From an uncultured delta proteobacterium (GTDB taxonomy: Bacteria; Myxococcota_A; UBA9160; UBA4427): 64,000 nt of DNA. Shown piece by piece: positions 1-9,652 of this stretch. The notes beneath the pieces are model-generated. The model was not told the origin of the DNA. It saw only the letters and a list, made by a program, of their open reading frames with translations, and searched no databases. The stretch spans positions 416,001 through 480,000 of the forward strand of contig CAWGJT010000006.1 of NCBI GenBank assembly GCA_963822965.1, read 5' to 3'. Position 1 is the first letter of the stretch. Every line of letters begins with the position of its first letter. A program made the translations under genes and the position numbers.

Positions 1-169
1 AGTGGTCCTCCACCCGCGCGATGGCGGGAAGCTCGTAGCTCCCCGGCGCGGGCAGCGAGAGCTGCGGAGCCGGCGGCTCGGCCGGGGGCGTCGCGTCCGC
101 CGCCGGCGCCGGGCCCGCCAGCGCCTGGGCGAGCAGCAGCGCCGCAGCCAGCCGCACGCGCGCGCTCAC
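1..169 (-). CDS. Exported protein, probably SCO1/SenC-like copper chaperone; N-terminal part only, runs off the window edge
   Basis: Not in the ORF track. GTG at 169 overlaps the TGA of the SBP56 gene (GTGA). Translates MSARVRLAAALLLAQALAGPAPAADATPPAEPPAPQLSLPAPGSYELPAIARVEDH, with a signal peptide. The PAPGSYxLP stretch resembles SCO proteins I recall downstream of bacterial SBP56 genes. The CxxxC motif is not within the window. Confidence 0.55.
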   Translation of the reverse strand, partial: MSARVRLAAALLLAQALAGPAPAADATPPAEPPAPQLSLPAPGSYELPAIARVEDH

Positions 170-1533
170 TCGCCGGCCCCGCCGCCGACCGCCGCGTCGA
201 CGACCCGTCCCGCGAAGGCCCCTGCGACCTGGCCGCCGGAGGCGTCCGCGACCTTGCCTTTGTAAAAGTCGATCGAGCCGAAACGCATGATGTGCGGGCG
301 GCCCAGGCCCTGGGCGCGGAAGTCGACCTGGAAGAGCGGCTCGAGGCTCTTTCCGTCCCACGAGAAGGCCTTGAGGAACTGCTCGTCCTCCTGGCCGGAC
401 TTGTCCCAGCTCGCGAGCAGCGAAGACGTGAAGTACACGCGCTCCCCGTCCCAGGTCTGGGAGACCATGTTGAGCTGCGAGCCGATCTTCTTCTCGAGCA
501 CGACCTTCGGCTGACGCGGACTCGAGACGTCGAAGACGCGCACCGTCCCGTCCATGAAGCTGTCCACGAAGAGGAAGCGGTCGTCCGCGGACAGGCTGAT
601 ATCGACGGGCAGCGGCAGCTTGGCCGGATCGCCGATATCTGCCAGGGGCACCGCCTCGAAGGTGCCGTCGTCCTTCAGGAAGACCCCCCAGAGCTTGGCG
701 GTGAGGGCCGCCGACGTGAACGCGTAGTCGTGACGCGGCTGGAGCGCCCAACGGATCTCGAGGGGCGCTCCGGGCACGTCCAGCACCTGAAGGGGCTGTC
801 GCGCGTGGTGGTCCCACACGACCATGGTGTTGCCGAAGTTCTTCATCGCCTCGGCGTCGCCCATCAGCTCCCGCAGGTCACGCATGTAGTTGTTGCGCCC
901 GGTGAACGACGACGTGAGCATGCGGTTCAGGCGGGCGTTGACCCGGGCGTCGTAGCCGTAGACCGCGCCTTCGGGCATCCAGGTGGTGCGCACGAACTCG
1001 CCCCGGTTGTTGAGCTCGACGATGCCGGTGCGGCCGCCTCCGTCGCGGGTGTTCGAGAGCCCCGTGATCATCATCCGCCCCGGCAGCGCGTAGAAGGTGT
1101 GCGGACCCACCACGCCGCCGCTGCGCTCCGCGAAGTCCTCGATGCGCTGCACGAGCTTGGGGTTCGCGGGATCGGTGGCGACGTCGAAGATGAAGATCTG
1201 GCTGTCGTCGAGCCCGCCCGCCCAGAAGAAGCGGCGGTCGTCGGTGAAGCCGCCGTGGTGCGCCTCGTGGCGCCCGCCCACCGAGGCCGTCGCCACGACC
1301 TTGCCGTAGTCGGGCCGCTTCGGGTTCGCGCCGATGGTGACGAGCTTGTCCGAGCCGTCGCCCAGACCCGGGGCGCCCAGCGTCCAGACGTAGACGAAGT
1401 CCTCCTGTCCGACGATCTTCGCCAGGTAGGGAGACTGGCAGGTCTCGTCGGCGGTGGCCGCCGCCGCCAGTCCGCACGCCAGCACGAGCCCACTCAAGAA
1501 GCGGCCGATCCTTGCGGTCGTTCCGAAACCCAT
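166..1533 (-). CDS. Selenium-binding protein SBP56 / methanethiol oxidase-like periplasmic protein
   Basis: ATG at 1533 after GAGGG. Signal peptide, then DETCQSPY, EAHHGGFTDDRR, GPHTFYALPGR, GAPLEIRW, NMVSQTWDG, which are typical of the MtoX clade. Confidence 0.9.
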   Translation of the reverse strand: MGFGTTARIGRFLSGLVLACGLAAAATADETCQSPYLAKIVGQEDFVYVWTLGAPGLGDGSDKLVTIGANPKRPDYGKVVATASVGGRHEAHHGGFTDDRRFFWAGGLDDSQIFIFDVATDPANPKLVQRIEDFAERSGGVVGPHTFYALPGRMMITGLSNTRDGGGRTGIVELNNRGEFVRTTWMPEGAVYGYDARVNARLNRMLTSSFTGRNNYMRDLRELMGDAEAMKNFGNTMVVWDHHARQPLQVLDVPGAPLEIRWALQPRHDYAFTSAALTAKLWGVFLKDDGTFEAVPLADIGDPAKLPLPVDISLSADDRFLFVDSFMDGTVRVFDVSSPRQPKVVLEKKIGSQLNMVSQTWDGERVYFTSSLLASWDKSGQEDEQFLKAFSWDGKSLEPLFQVDFRAQGLGRPHIMRFGSIDFYKGKVADASGGQVAGAFAGRVVDAAVGGGAGE

Positions 1534-1562
1534 CTCCACGCCCTCCCGTGTGCGGTTGCTCG

Positions 1563-2768
1563 TCAGACGATGATCGCACGCTCGCGCAGGGCGGCGATCT
1601 CGTCTTCGCTGCGCCCCAGCTCGCGCAGGATCTCTTCGCTGTGCTCGCCGTGCGCGGGCGCCATGCTCCGGGGCGCCCAGGGCGTCCCCCCGAAGTCGAC
1701 CGGCGTCGCCGGCAGCAGGGTCGTTCCGTCTCCGTCGGGCACCGCCACCAGGCCGCCCGAGGCCAGCACCTGGGGATCCGAGAGCACCTCCTGGGTGGTC
1801 TGAACCGGCGCCCACCAGAGATCCTCCTCGGCGTCGAAGACCGCGCCCCACTCGTCCCGGGTGCGGGTGGCGAAGATGGCGTCCAGCGCGGCGATGAGCT
1901 CCCCGGCGTTCTGGACCCGCGCCTCCACGGTTGCGAAGCGCGGGTCGGAGATCCACTCCGGGTGCCCCACGGCACGCGCCAGGGAGGGCCAGTGCCGTTC
2001 CGCCTCGAGGCCGACGATCCAGAACCAGCGACCGTCCTTGTCCGCATAGTTGTTGATGCAGGGGTTGCCCATGGTCTTGCGGTCGGCGACCTGCAGCGGG
2101 ACGCCGAAGCGGACGCCGAGGGAGAGGTCGAAGCTCAGGGTGTAGAGGCCTTCGCGCAGGAGCGACGTGCTGACGAGCTGCCCCTTGCCGGTCTTCTCCC
2201 GGGAGTACAGGGCGGCGGAGATCGCGGCCGCGGCGGCGAGGCCCGCGTTGTGATCTCCCATGCCGCCGCGCTGGAAGGGCGGATGGTTGCCGGGGGAGGT
2301 CAGGCTGGCGGCGATGCCCGAGCGCGCCCAGAAGCCCGCGATGTCGTAGGCCGCCCGATCCGCGTCCGGTCCCTCCAGCCCGTAGCCCGAGATGACCGCG
2401 TAGACCAGGCGCGGACAGCGGGCGAGCAGGGTGTCGGCGTCGAGACCCAGGCGCGCGAGCGCCTTCATGCGCACGTTGGTCACGAAGACGTCGGCCCCGT
2501 CGACGAGCTCCAGGGCGATCTCGCGTCCCATCTCGCTCGCCAGGTCGACCACGATGCTGCGTTTGCTGCGGTTGTCGTTCTCGAAGATCGGATTGAACGG
2601 AAGGTCGGCGCCGAACATGCGGCTGAACGTGCGCGCCGGGTCGCCGATGCCCGGAGGCTCGATCTTGACCACGTCGGCTCCCCAGTCCGCCAGGATCCCG
2701 CCGGCGGCGGGCCCTGCGACCCAGACGCCGATCTCCACCACCCTCACACCATCCATGGGACCGGGCAT
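1563..2768 (-). CDS. CaiB/BaiF family III CoA-transferase
   Basis: GVRVVEIGVWVAGP, ADWGADVVKIEPP, NRSKRS, DHNAG. RBS GAGGAAGG precedes the ATG at 2768. Confidence 0.92.
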   Translation of the reverse strand: MPGPMDGVRVVEIGVWVAGPAAGGILADWGADVVKIEPPGIGDPARTFSRMFGADLPFNPIFENDNRSKRSIVVDLASEMGREIALELVDGADVFVTNVRMKALARLGLDADTLLARCPRLVYAVISGYGLEGPDADRAAYDIAGFWARSGIAASLTSPGNHPPFQRGGMGDHNAGLAAAAAISAALYSREKTGKGQLVSTSLLREGLYTLSFDLSLGVRFGVPLQVADRKTMGNPCINNYADKDGRWFWIVGLEAERHWPSLARAVGHPEWISDPRFATVEARVQNAGELIAALDAIFATRTRDEWGAVFDAEEDLWWAPVQTTQEVLSDPQVLASGGLVAVPDGDGTTLLPATPVDFGGTPWAPRSMAPAHGEHSEEILRELGRSEDEIAALRERAIIV

Positions 2769-2785
2769 GCCTTCCTCCTCGGCCT

Positions 2786-3865
2786 TCAGTCTATCCACTT
2801 CGCCGAGCCCGCGGTGCCGGCCTCGACGATCTCGTCGACGAGGCCCCAGCGCAGCGCCGTCGCGACGTCGATCCGCTCGCCCGAGATGGCGAGCCAGGCG
2901 GTGCGGTGGCGGCCGATCCGCCGGGGCAGGCTCGCCGTGCCACCGGCCCCCGGCACCAGCCCCATGGACAGCTCGGGAAGCTGGAAGAACGCGCCCTCCA
3001 GCGCGACCACCCGGCCCGCGAAGGCCGGCAGCTCCACCCCGGCTCCCACACAGGCGCCGTGGACCCGCGCCACGGTGCGCTCCCCGCAGGCCAGCAGCAG
3101 GCGCGCCGGATTCCGAATCGAGCGCACCGCGTGGGCGGTGGCCGGATCCGGCAGGTCACCGAACTCGGCGAGGTCGCCGCCGCTGCTGAACGAGGGTCCC
3201 TCGCCCCGCAGCACGATCTCGCGCACCGAGTCGTCCGCCACGGCCATCTGCAGCCCTTCCACCAGCGCGTCGCGCATGGCCACCGAAAAGGCGTTGTGCC
3301 GGCGCGGCCGGTTCAGGGTGAGCACCAGCTGCGCGTCCCAGCGCTCTACACGCACCGCGGGGCCGGTCTCCTCGGGCGGCGGCGGGGGGCGGTCCCGTCC
3401 GGCGATCCAGGCCGCGAACTCGGGCCCCGCCTGCAACGTGGAGTAGACCAGGCTCTCGGCCACCAGCGCGTGATGCGGTCCCTCCGAATCGCCCCGGCGC
3501 AGGAGCTGCACCAGGGCGAGGGCGGCGAGCGGGGCCCGCAGGATCGCGTCCACCAGGGGCGCCGCCGCGTCGGCAGAGAGCACCACGAGGTCGAAGCGAT
3601 CCGCGAGCGCCGCCGCGGCGGGCGTCTCGCCCGGGCAGATGGCGATGGTCGGACAGGCCAGCTGCTCCAGGGCCGTCCGGAGCGCCTCGCGGGAATCCCG
3701 CGGCGGCGGGTCGCCGGCGCCGGCAAAGTCGACGAGAAGCGCCGGCTGGCCGGTGAGCGGCGAGAAGCGCTCCTGGGCGTAGGGCGAGCGCAGCGCGTCC
3801 ATGGCATCGGCGAGCCGCAGGACGTCCGGACGAGCCATGGACGCGTCGGCCGGGTGCGTCGTCAC
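2786..3865 (-). CDS. Enoyl-CoA hydratase/isomerase with N-terminal extension
   Basis: LNRPRRHNAF, FSSGGDL, HGACVGAG, LPELSMGLVPGAGG. Confidence 0.88.
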   Translation of the reverse strand: MTTHPADASMARPDVLRLADAMDALRSPYAQERFSPLTGQPALLVDFAGAGDPPPRDSREALRTALEQLACPTIAICPGETPAAAALADRFDLVVLSADAAAPLVDAILRAPLAALALVQLLRRGDSEGPHHALVAESLVYSTLQAGPEFAAWIAGRDRPPPPPEETGPAVRVERWDAQLVLTLNRPRRHNAFSVAMRDALVEGLQMAVADDSVREIVLRGEGPSFSSGGDLAEFGDLPDPATAHAVRSIRNPARLLLACGERTVARVHGACVGAGVELPAFAGRVVALEGAFFQLPELSMGLVPGAGGTASLPRRIGRHRTAWLAISGERIDVATALRWGLVDEIVEAGTAGSAKWID

Positions 3866-3875
3866 GGTGCCGGGA

Positions 3876-5381
3876 CTAGGACTCGGCGAGCTCGGCGCGG
3901 ACCTGACGGCGCAGGAGCTTGCCGGTCTCGTTGTAGGGGAGCTCGTCGCGAAACTCGATGCGCTGGGGTACCCGCGAGGAGCGCAGGTGCTCCTTCACCC
4001 ACTCCTGCAGGGTCTCCACGTCGGCGCCGGCGCCCGCCCGCAGCACGACGGCGGCCGCCACGGCCTCACCCCACTGCTCGTCGGGAACGCCGACCACCGC
4101 GGCGTCCGCCACCGCCGGATGCTCGAGCAGCACGTCCTCGATCTCACCGGGCGACAGGTTCTCGCCCCCGCGCACGATCACGTCGTCGATGCGCCCCTCG
4201 ACGAAGAGATAGCCCTCTTCGTCCATCGAGCCGCCGTCCCGGGTTGCGAACCAGCCTTCGTCCGAGAGCAGGCTGCCCCGTCCCAGGTACTCGCCGGACA
4301 CCTGCTCCCCGCGCACGCAGATCTCCCCGCGCTCGCCCGGGCCGACGGACTTGCCGTCCTCGTCGCAGATGCGCACCTCGAGCGCCGGGAGTGGCCGGCC
4401 CACGGACACCAGCCGGCGGCGCACGCTCGGATCGTCGCTGCCCGCGGCCGCTCGGTGATCGTCCGGGGTGAGCACGGAGATCGTCGAGCTCGTCTCCGTC
4501 AGCCCGTAGGCGTTCGTGAAGTCGGTCGACGGGAACAGGCGCATCGCCCTCTCGATCACGGGCAGGGGCATCTTGCCCCCGCCGTACGAGATCGCCCGCA
4601 AGGTCGACAGGTCGGCGGTGTCCGCACCGCCGAGAGCGTCGATGATGCGGGAGAGCATGGTGGGCACGACGAAGGCGTTGGTGACGCGTTCGCCCCGCGC
4701 CAGGTCGAGCCACGCCTCGGCGTCGAAGTTCGGCAGCTGTACGATGCGGCGACCCGAGTAGACCGAGCTGGCGATCGCCGCCATGCCTGCCACGTGGTAG
4801 GGCGGCACGCTCACCAGGGCCGCGTCCTCCTCGCCGGCCCCCATGAACTCCACCGAGCCCAGCACGTACGAGACCATGTGCTTGTGCCGCAGCACCGCCG
4901 CCTTGGGCGCGCCGGTGGTCCCGCTCGTGAAGAGCAGGATCGCGATGTCGTCGGGATCCATCGGCCAGCTGGCGTCGGACGCCACGTCGCCGGGAGCCGT
5001 CACCTCCGACAGCCACTCGTCGCGCTCCACCACCTGGATGCCGTCGATCTTCGAGAGTGAGGGCGCGCGCTCGGCGTCGGTGACCAGCAGCGCCGGAGCG
5101 ATCTGGGACGCGAGCCGCTCCACCTCCTCGGCGGTGAGCCGGTAGTTGAGGGGCGCGAAGGGCCGTCCCGACCAGGCGCTCCCGAAGAGCGCGATCGGCA
5201 CCGCCGGACTGCTCACGTCGAGGATCGCGACGCGTTCGACGCCGGCGGCCTGGATGGAGGCGGCCGCCCGGCCCGCGGCGCGGAACAGGTCGGCGTAGGA
5301 GAGCGAGCGGCCGCCGCTCGTCACGGCGATCCGATCGCCGAAGGCCGAGGAGGCCATCTCGAGCAGCATCATCAGGTTCAT
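3876..5381 (-). CDS. Acyl-CoA synthetase (AMP-binding, FadD-like)
   Basis: FTSGTTGAPK, YGLTET, GRIDDVIVRGGEN, LPYNETGK. Confidence 0.93.
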   Translation of the reverse strand: MNLMMLLEMASSAFGDRIAVTSGGRSLSYADLFRAAGRAAASIQAAGVERVAILDVSSPAVPIALFGSAWSGRPFAPLNYRLTAEEVERLASQIAPALLVTDAERAPSLSKIDGIQVVERDEWLSEVTAPGDVASDASWPMDPDDIAILLFTSGTTGAPKAAVLRHKHMVSYVLGSVEFMGAGEEDAALVSVPPYHVAGMAAIASSVYSGRRIVQLPNFDAEAWLDLARGERVTNAFVVPTMLSRIIDALGGADTADLSTLRAISYGGGKMPLPVIERAMRLFPSTDFTNAYGLTETSSTISVLTPDDHRAAAGSDDPSVRRRLVSVGRPLPALEVRICDEDGKSVGPGERGEICVRGEQVSGEYLGRGSLLSDEGWFATRDGGSMDEEGYLFVEGRIDDVIVRGGENLSPGEIEDVLLEHPAVADAAVVGVPDEQWGEAVAAAVVLRAGAGADVETLQEWVKEHLRSSRVPQRIEFRDELPYNETGKLLRRQVRAELAES

Positions 5382-5439
5382 CGGGTCACCTGCCGGGCCT
5401 TCGCCGGGGTCGCCATCGTCGTTCGCGCCGCCGGAGGGG

Positions 5440-5751
5440 TCAGTCCGACGACGGCAGGGGCTTCGCCCCCTTCACGCTGAGCAGCGCGCCGCTCGCCCCC
5501 AGCGAGCCCTTTCCGGGCTTCGTGCAGAGCAGCTCCAGATCGCCTGCCTCGTTCACGTAGCGCTTGCCGATCTGGGTGCCCCCGGCGGCGCCCTCGGAGA
5601 GGGTCTGCCCGGCGGGCGCCGTGGCGCCCAGGTCCACCATCGAGGCACCCCCACACGTGACGTCGATGTCCTGCTGGGGCGCCAGCACGACCATCACCTC
5701 CGTGTCGCACACGACGCTCTTCAGTCGACTTCCCGCCTTGAGCTTGGCCAT
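5440..5751 (-). CDS. Small hypothetical protein (103 aa), first gene of the acyl-CoA operon
   Basis: ATG at 5751 after GGAGGTAGGACAGGA; GC3-rich codons; MAKLKAGSRLKSVVCDTEV...CGGASM...GKRYVNEAGDLELLCTKPG...KPLPSSD. Confidence 0.8.
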   Translation of the reverse strand: MAKLKAGSRLKSVVCDTEVMVVLAPQQDIDVTCGGASMVDLGATAPAGQTLSEGAAGGTQIGKRYVNEAGDLELLCTKPGKGSLGASGALLSVKGAKPLPSSD

Positions 5752-5874
5752 GAATCCTGTCCTACCTCCGCGCATGGATCGGGTCCGAGCCGTCCCGTTG
5801 CACCCGGACCCTTCGAACCGCGCCTGTCGAAAGAGTCCGGGACGATAGCCACTCCCCGATCGGGTGGCAGGGCG

Positions 5875-7320
5875 ATGCGGTCCTGGGCGACGATGACGAC
5901 CGCGAGGTCCGAGATGCACCCGAACCACACGCAGGGGGTGGGCGACCGCGGCGGCCCGCTCCGCGCGGCCGCTTCGATTCCCGTTCAGGCCGCCGGCGAA
6001 GGCCCTCCCGCCTACGCGGCGGCGCTGCTCGCGTCCCTGGGGCTCGAGGTGCCCTGCTTCGCCCCGGGCAGCGGAGATCCCGCGGAGGCCTGGGCGCGCT
6101 CGGGGGCCATGGCGCTCACCGGAGAGCCCGACGGACCCGCACTGCCGGCGCCCGCGCCGGTGGCGGCCTGCGCGGCCGGGGCTGGCGAGGCGCTGCGGGC
6201 CGTGGCCCGGGCCGCCGGCCTGCGCGACCCCGGCCTGCTCGACGGCGCCGCCCTGCTCGCGGAGCGCGCGGCTCTGTTGGACCCGCCCCGGGGACGCTCC
6301 GGACGCCGCTCCGTCGGCGGCAGCTGCCGCATGCTGCCCTGCGCGGACGGCTGGCTCGCGCTCAACCTGGCGCGCCCGGACGACGCCGCGCTGCTGCCCG
6401 CCTGGCTCGAAGGGACTCCCGACGGCCGGCGCGACGTCTGGTCGCTCGCCGCCGAGGGCGTCCGCACGCGCGAGCGGGCGGCGCTCGTGGAGCGCGGCCG
6501 CCTGCTGGGCCTGGCGCTCGCGCCCGTGGCGACGGAGGCCCCCGCCGATGCCGGCGACGGCTGGCTCCGCACCACCGCCGGGGGCCCGCGCCGGCACGGC
6601 CCCCGTCGCGACCGGGCTCCCCTGGTGGTGGATCTCTCCTCGCTGTGGGCCGGCCCGCTCTGCGGGCAGCTCCTGGCGGCCTGCGGCGCACGGGTCGTGA
6701 AGGTGGAGAGCCTCGCGCGACCCGACGGGGCGCGGCGCGGCCCGCGCGCCTTCTTCGACCTGATGAACGGGCAGAAGGAGAGTGTCGCCCTGCCCTTCCA
6801 CGAGCCTGCCGGGCGGCGCGCCCTGGCGGCGCTCCTCGCCCGGGCCGACATCGTGATCGAGGCGAGCCGTCCCCGGGCCCTCGAGCAGCTCGACATCGAC
6901 GCCGCCGGGCTCGTCGCGTCCCACGGCGTCACCTGGATCGGCATCAGCGGCTACGGACGCGCGGCGCCCCAGGCCGGCTGGGTGGCCTTCGGCGACGACG
7001 CCGCGGCGGGCGCCGGGCTCGTGGCGACGGCGCCGGATGGCAGGCCGTGCTTCTGCGCGGACGCGGTCGCGGATCCCCTGACGGGCCTCCACGCCGCCCT
7101 GGCCGGGCTCGCGGCCTGGTCGCGCGGCGGGGCCCGGCTGCTGGACGTGTCGCTGCACGGCGTCGCCGGCTTCGTGCGGGCCTGGCCGGGGACTCCCGAG
7201 GGCGTCGCCGTCTCCCAGGCGGAGGTCGCGCCGCCGCGCGCGCGGGTCGTCCGAGACCGCGCGCCTTCCCTGGGCCGCGACACCGCGAGGGCTCTCGCGG
7301 AGCTGGGCATCCGTTGCTGA
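5875..7320 (+). CDS. Family III CoA-transferase (start uncertain, possibly 5914 or 5938)
   Basis: VVDLSSLWAGP, GARVVKVES, ADIVIEASRPRAL, ADPLTG. Confidence 0.85.
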   Translation: MRSWATMTTARSEMHPNHTQGVGDRGGPLRAAASIPVQAAGEGPPAYAAALLASLGLEVPCFAPGSGDPAEAWARSGAMALTGEPDGPALPAPAPVAACAAGAGEALRAVARAAGLRDPGLLDGAALLAERAALLDPPRGRSGRRSVGGSCRMLPCADGWLALNLARPDDAALLPAWLEGTPDGRRDVWSLAAEGVRTRERAALVERGRLLGLALAPVATEAPADAGDGWLRTTAGGPRRHGPRRDRAPLVVDLSSLWAGPLCGQLLAACGARVVKVESLARPDGARRGPRAFFDLMNGQKESVALPFHEPAGRRALAALLARADIVIEASRPRALEQLDIDAAGLVASHGVTWIGISGYGRAAPQAGWVAFGDDAAAGAGLVATAPDGRPCFCADAVADPLTGLHAALAGLAAWSRGGARLLDVSLHGVAGFVRAWPGTPEGVAVSQAEVAPPRARVVRDRAPSLGRDTARALAELGIRC

Positions 7321-8780
7321 TCCGGAACGCCGAGATCCCGCAGCCCGGCGCCGCCGCCTGCCCGACGCGTGGCGACGTCCGGATCGCGGACGGCCGCATC
7401 ACGGCCATCGACGTCGGCCTGCCGGGCCGCGGCGACGAGCCCGTGATCGACGCCGCGGGCGGAGCCCTGCTGCCGGGCCTCCACGATCACCACCTGCATC
7501 TCTTCGCGCTCGCGGCCGCCGCGAGCTCCCTGCGCTGCGGCCCGCCGGAGGTCGCCGGGGAGGCGATGCTCGGGGCCGTCCTGCGGTGCACCGCCGACCG
7601 CCACCTCGCCGACGGCGCCGGCGACGCCTGGATCCGCGGAGTCGGCTACCACGAGTCCGTCGCCGGGGCGCTCGACGCATCCCGCCTCGACGCCCTCGAG
7701 CGGCGCGTGCCGATCCGCATCCAGCACCGGAGCGGCGCCTGCTGGATCGTGAACGGCCCCGGGCTCGCACGGCTGGGCCTCGGGGGCCCCCTCGCGCCGG
7801 AGGTGCCGGCGGGCGTCGAGCGGGATGCGGGAGGCCGCGCCACCGGGCGCCTGTTCCGGATGGACGCCTGGCTGCGCGAACGACTGGGCGCACCCGCCGC
7901 TCCTCCGCGCCTGGACGCCGTGGGCAAGCGCCTGGCGCGCTTCGGCGTGTGCGGCGTGACCGACGCCTCGCCGGGCAACGGGCCCTCCGAGCTGGCCGCC
8001 CTGGGCGCCGCCCACGCCCGGGGCGCCCTCCCCCAGCAGGTGTGGCTGATGGGCAGCCGCGCTCTGCCGGAGCCATGTGCGGCGGGCGTGTTCCGGGGTG
8101 CCTGGAAGGTGATCCTCGACGAGGCGCGCCTGCCGGAGCTCGCAGTCCTCGAGACGGGCATCGCCGAGGCCCACGTCGACGGACGCCGGGTGGCCGTCCA
8201 CTGCGTGACCCGCACCGAGCTGGTGTTCGCCATCGCCGCCTTCCGTGCCGCGGGCAGCCTGCCGGGCGACCGCATCGAGCACGCGGCCGTGGCGCCGCCG
8301 GAGCTGCTCGAGTCCGTCGCGGCCCTGGGGCTCTGCGTCGTCACCCAGCCGGGCTTCGTTCGCGAGCGCGGGGACGCCTACCTGCGGGACGTGGCGCCGC
8401 GCGACCGGCCCTGGCTCTATCGCGGCCGGGGACTGCTGGCGGCGGGTATCCGCCTCGGTGGCGGAACCGACGCCCCGTTCGGCGATGCCGATCCCTGGCT
8501 CGCCATGCAGGCCGCCGTCGATCGGCGCACCACCGGGGGAGCGGTGCTGGCCGCCGACGAAGGACTCTCGCCCGATCGTGCGCTCGCGCTCTTCACCACC
8601 CCGGCCGGCGATCCGGGTGGAGCGCCCCGTCGCGTCACCGTCGGCGGGCCCGCCGACCTGTGCCTGCTGGACCGTCCCTGGCGGCAGGCTCGCGACGTCC
8701 TCTCGAGCGAGCTCGTCGCCGCGAGCGTGAGCGGGGGACGGCTCGTCTGGTCTCGCGCGCAGGGGGAACGTCCCGCGTGA
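7314..8780 (+). CDS. Metal-dependent amidohydrolase (Amidohydro_3-like)
   Basis: TTG start overlaps the upstream stop. LLIRNAEI, LLPGLHDHHLH, VAVHC, RIEHA, GGTDAP. Confidence 0.85.
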   Translation: MLIRNAEIPQPGAAACPTRGDVRIADGRITAIDVGLPGRGDEPVIDAAGGALLPGLHDHHLHLFALAAAASSLRCGPPEVAGEAMLGAVLRCTADRHLADGAGDAWIRGVGYHESVAGALDASRLDALERRVPIRIQHRSGACWIVNGPGLARLGLGGPLAPEVPAGVERDAGGRATGRLFRMDAWLRERLGAPAAPPRLDAVGKRLARFGVCGVTDASPGNGPSELAALGAAHARGALPQQVWLMGSRALPEPCAAGVFRGAWKVILDEARLPELAVLETGIAEAHVDGRRVAVHCVTRTELVFAIAAFRAAGSLPGDRIEHAAVAPPELLESVAALGLCVVTQPGFVRERGDAYLRDVAPRDRPWLYRGRGLLAAGIRLGGGTDAPFGDADPWLAMQAAVDRRTTGGAVLAADEGLSPDRALALFTTPAGDPGGAPRRVTVGGPADLCLLDRPWRQARDVLSSELVAASVSGGRLVWSRAQGERPA

Positions 8781-8820
8781 CGGGACCACCGGGCCGGACA
8801 TCGCGTCGGCCGGGGCGCGT

Positions 8821-9651
8821 TCAGGAGCCCGTGGACGTGTAGCGCCGCACCCCGAGGCTCCAGAGCTGGAAGCACACGAGCAGGAAGGCGAAGCCGGCCG
8901 CGGGCGTCAGGCACTGCAGCCACCGGGGCGAGCCCAGGGGGTCGCTGCGCCCGAGCACCGCCACCAGCGGGAAGTAGCAGACGCAGGCCAGGGGCACGAC
9001 GAACGTGAAGAAGCGCCGGAACCAGGCGCCGTAGATCACCAGCGGATACTGGGCGCTCTCGACGCCCCCGTACGTCAGGGTGTTCATCAGCTCGAGGCTC
9101 TCGGTGGTCCAGAAGCAGAGGGTCGCCTGCAGGACGAAGAGCCCGAAGAAGAGACACACGCCGCCCGCCAGCGCGAAGAGCAGCAACGCCACGCGCGCCG
9201 GCCCCCAGGCCACGTCGAGCACCCACGACGCCCACAGCAGCACGAAGAGCCCCTGGGCGAGACGCCCGACGCGGCGCAGCGCCAGCTCGGCTCCCGCCAG
9301 CTGCAGGATCGTGCTGCGCGGCCGCAGCAGGATGCGATCGAAGTCGCCGTTCTTCACGTAGAGCTGGAAGTCGTGGAAGCCCGCAGAGAGGCCGTCGGCC
9401 ACCGCCATCGAGACGTTCACGGTGCCGTAGAAGAGCGCGACCTCGGCGAGCGTCCAGTCGCCCAGACGTCCGAAGCGGTCGAAGAGCGCCCACACCCCGA
9501 GGAACTCGATCGCCGTGATGCCCAGCTGGCCGATCCCCTGCAGCACGAAGGAGGCCCGGTACTGCATCTGGGAACGCACCGACACCGCCAGGTAGCGGAC
9601 GTAGAGCGCCGCGGCATCGAGCAGGGAGGACGGCGACGAGCCGGCGCTCAC
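8821..9651 (-). CDS. ABC-2 family permease (DUF990/ABC2_membrane_6 type)
   Basis: QMQYRASF, GDFDRILLRP, YPLVIY, RRYTSTGS; multiple TM segments. Confidence 0.9.
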   Translation of the reverse strand: MSAGSSPSSLLDAAALYVRYLAVSVRSQMQYRASFVLQGIGQLGITAIEFLGVWALFDRFGRLGDWTLAEVALFYGTVNVSMAVADGLSAGFHDFQLYVKNGDFDRILLRPRSTILQLAGAELALRRVGRLAQGLFVLLWASWVLDVAWGPARVALLLFALAGGVCLFFGLFVLQATLCFWTTESLELMNTLTYGGVESAQYPLVIYGAWFRRFFTFVVPLACVCYFPLVAVLGRSDPLGSPRWLQCLTPAAGFAFLLVCFQLWSLGVRRYTSTGS

Positions 9652-9652
9652 C

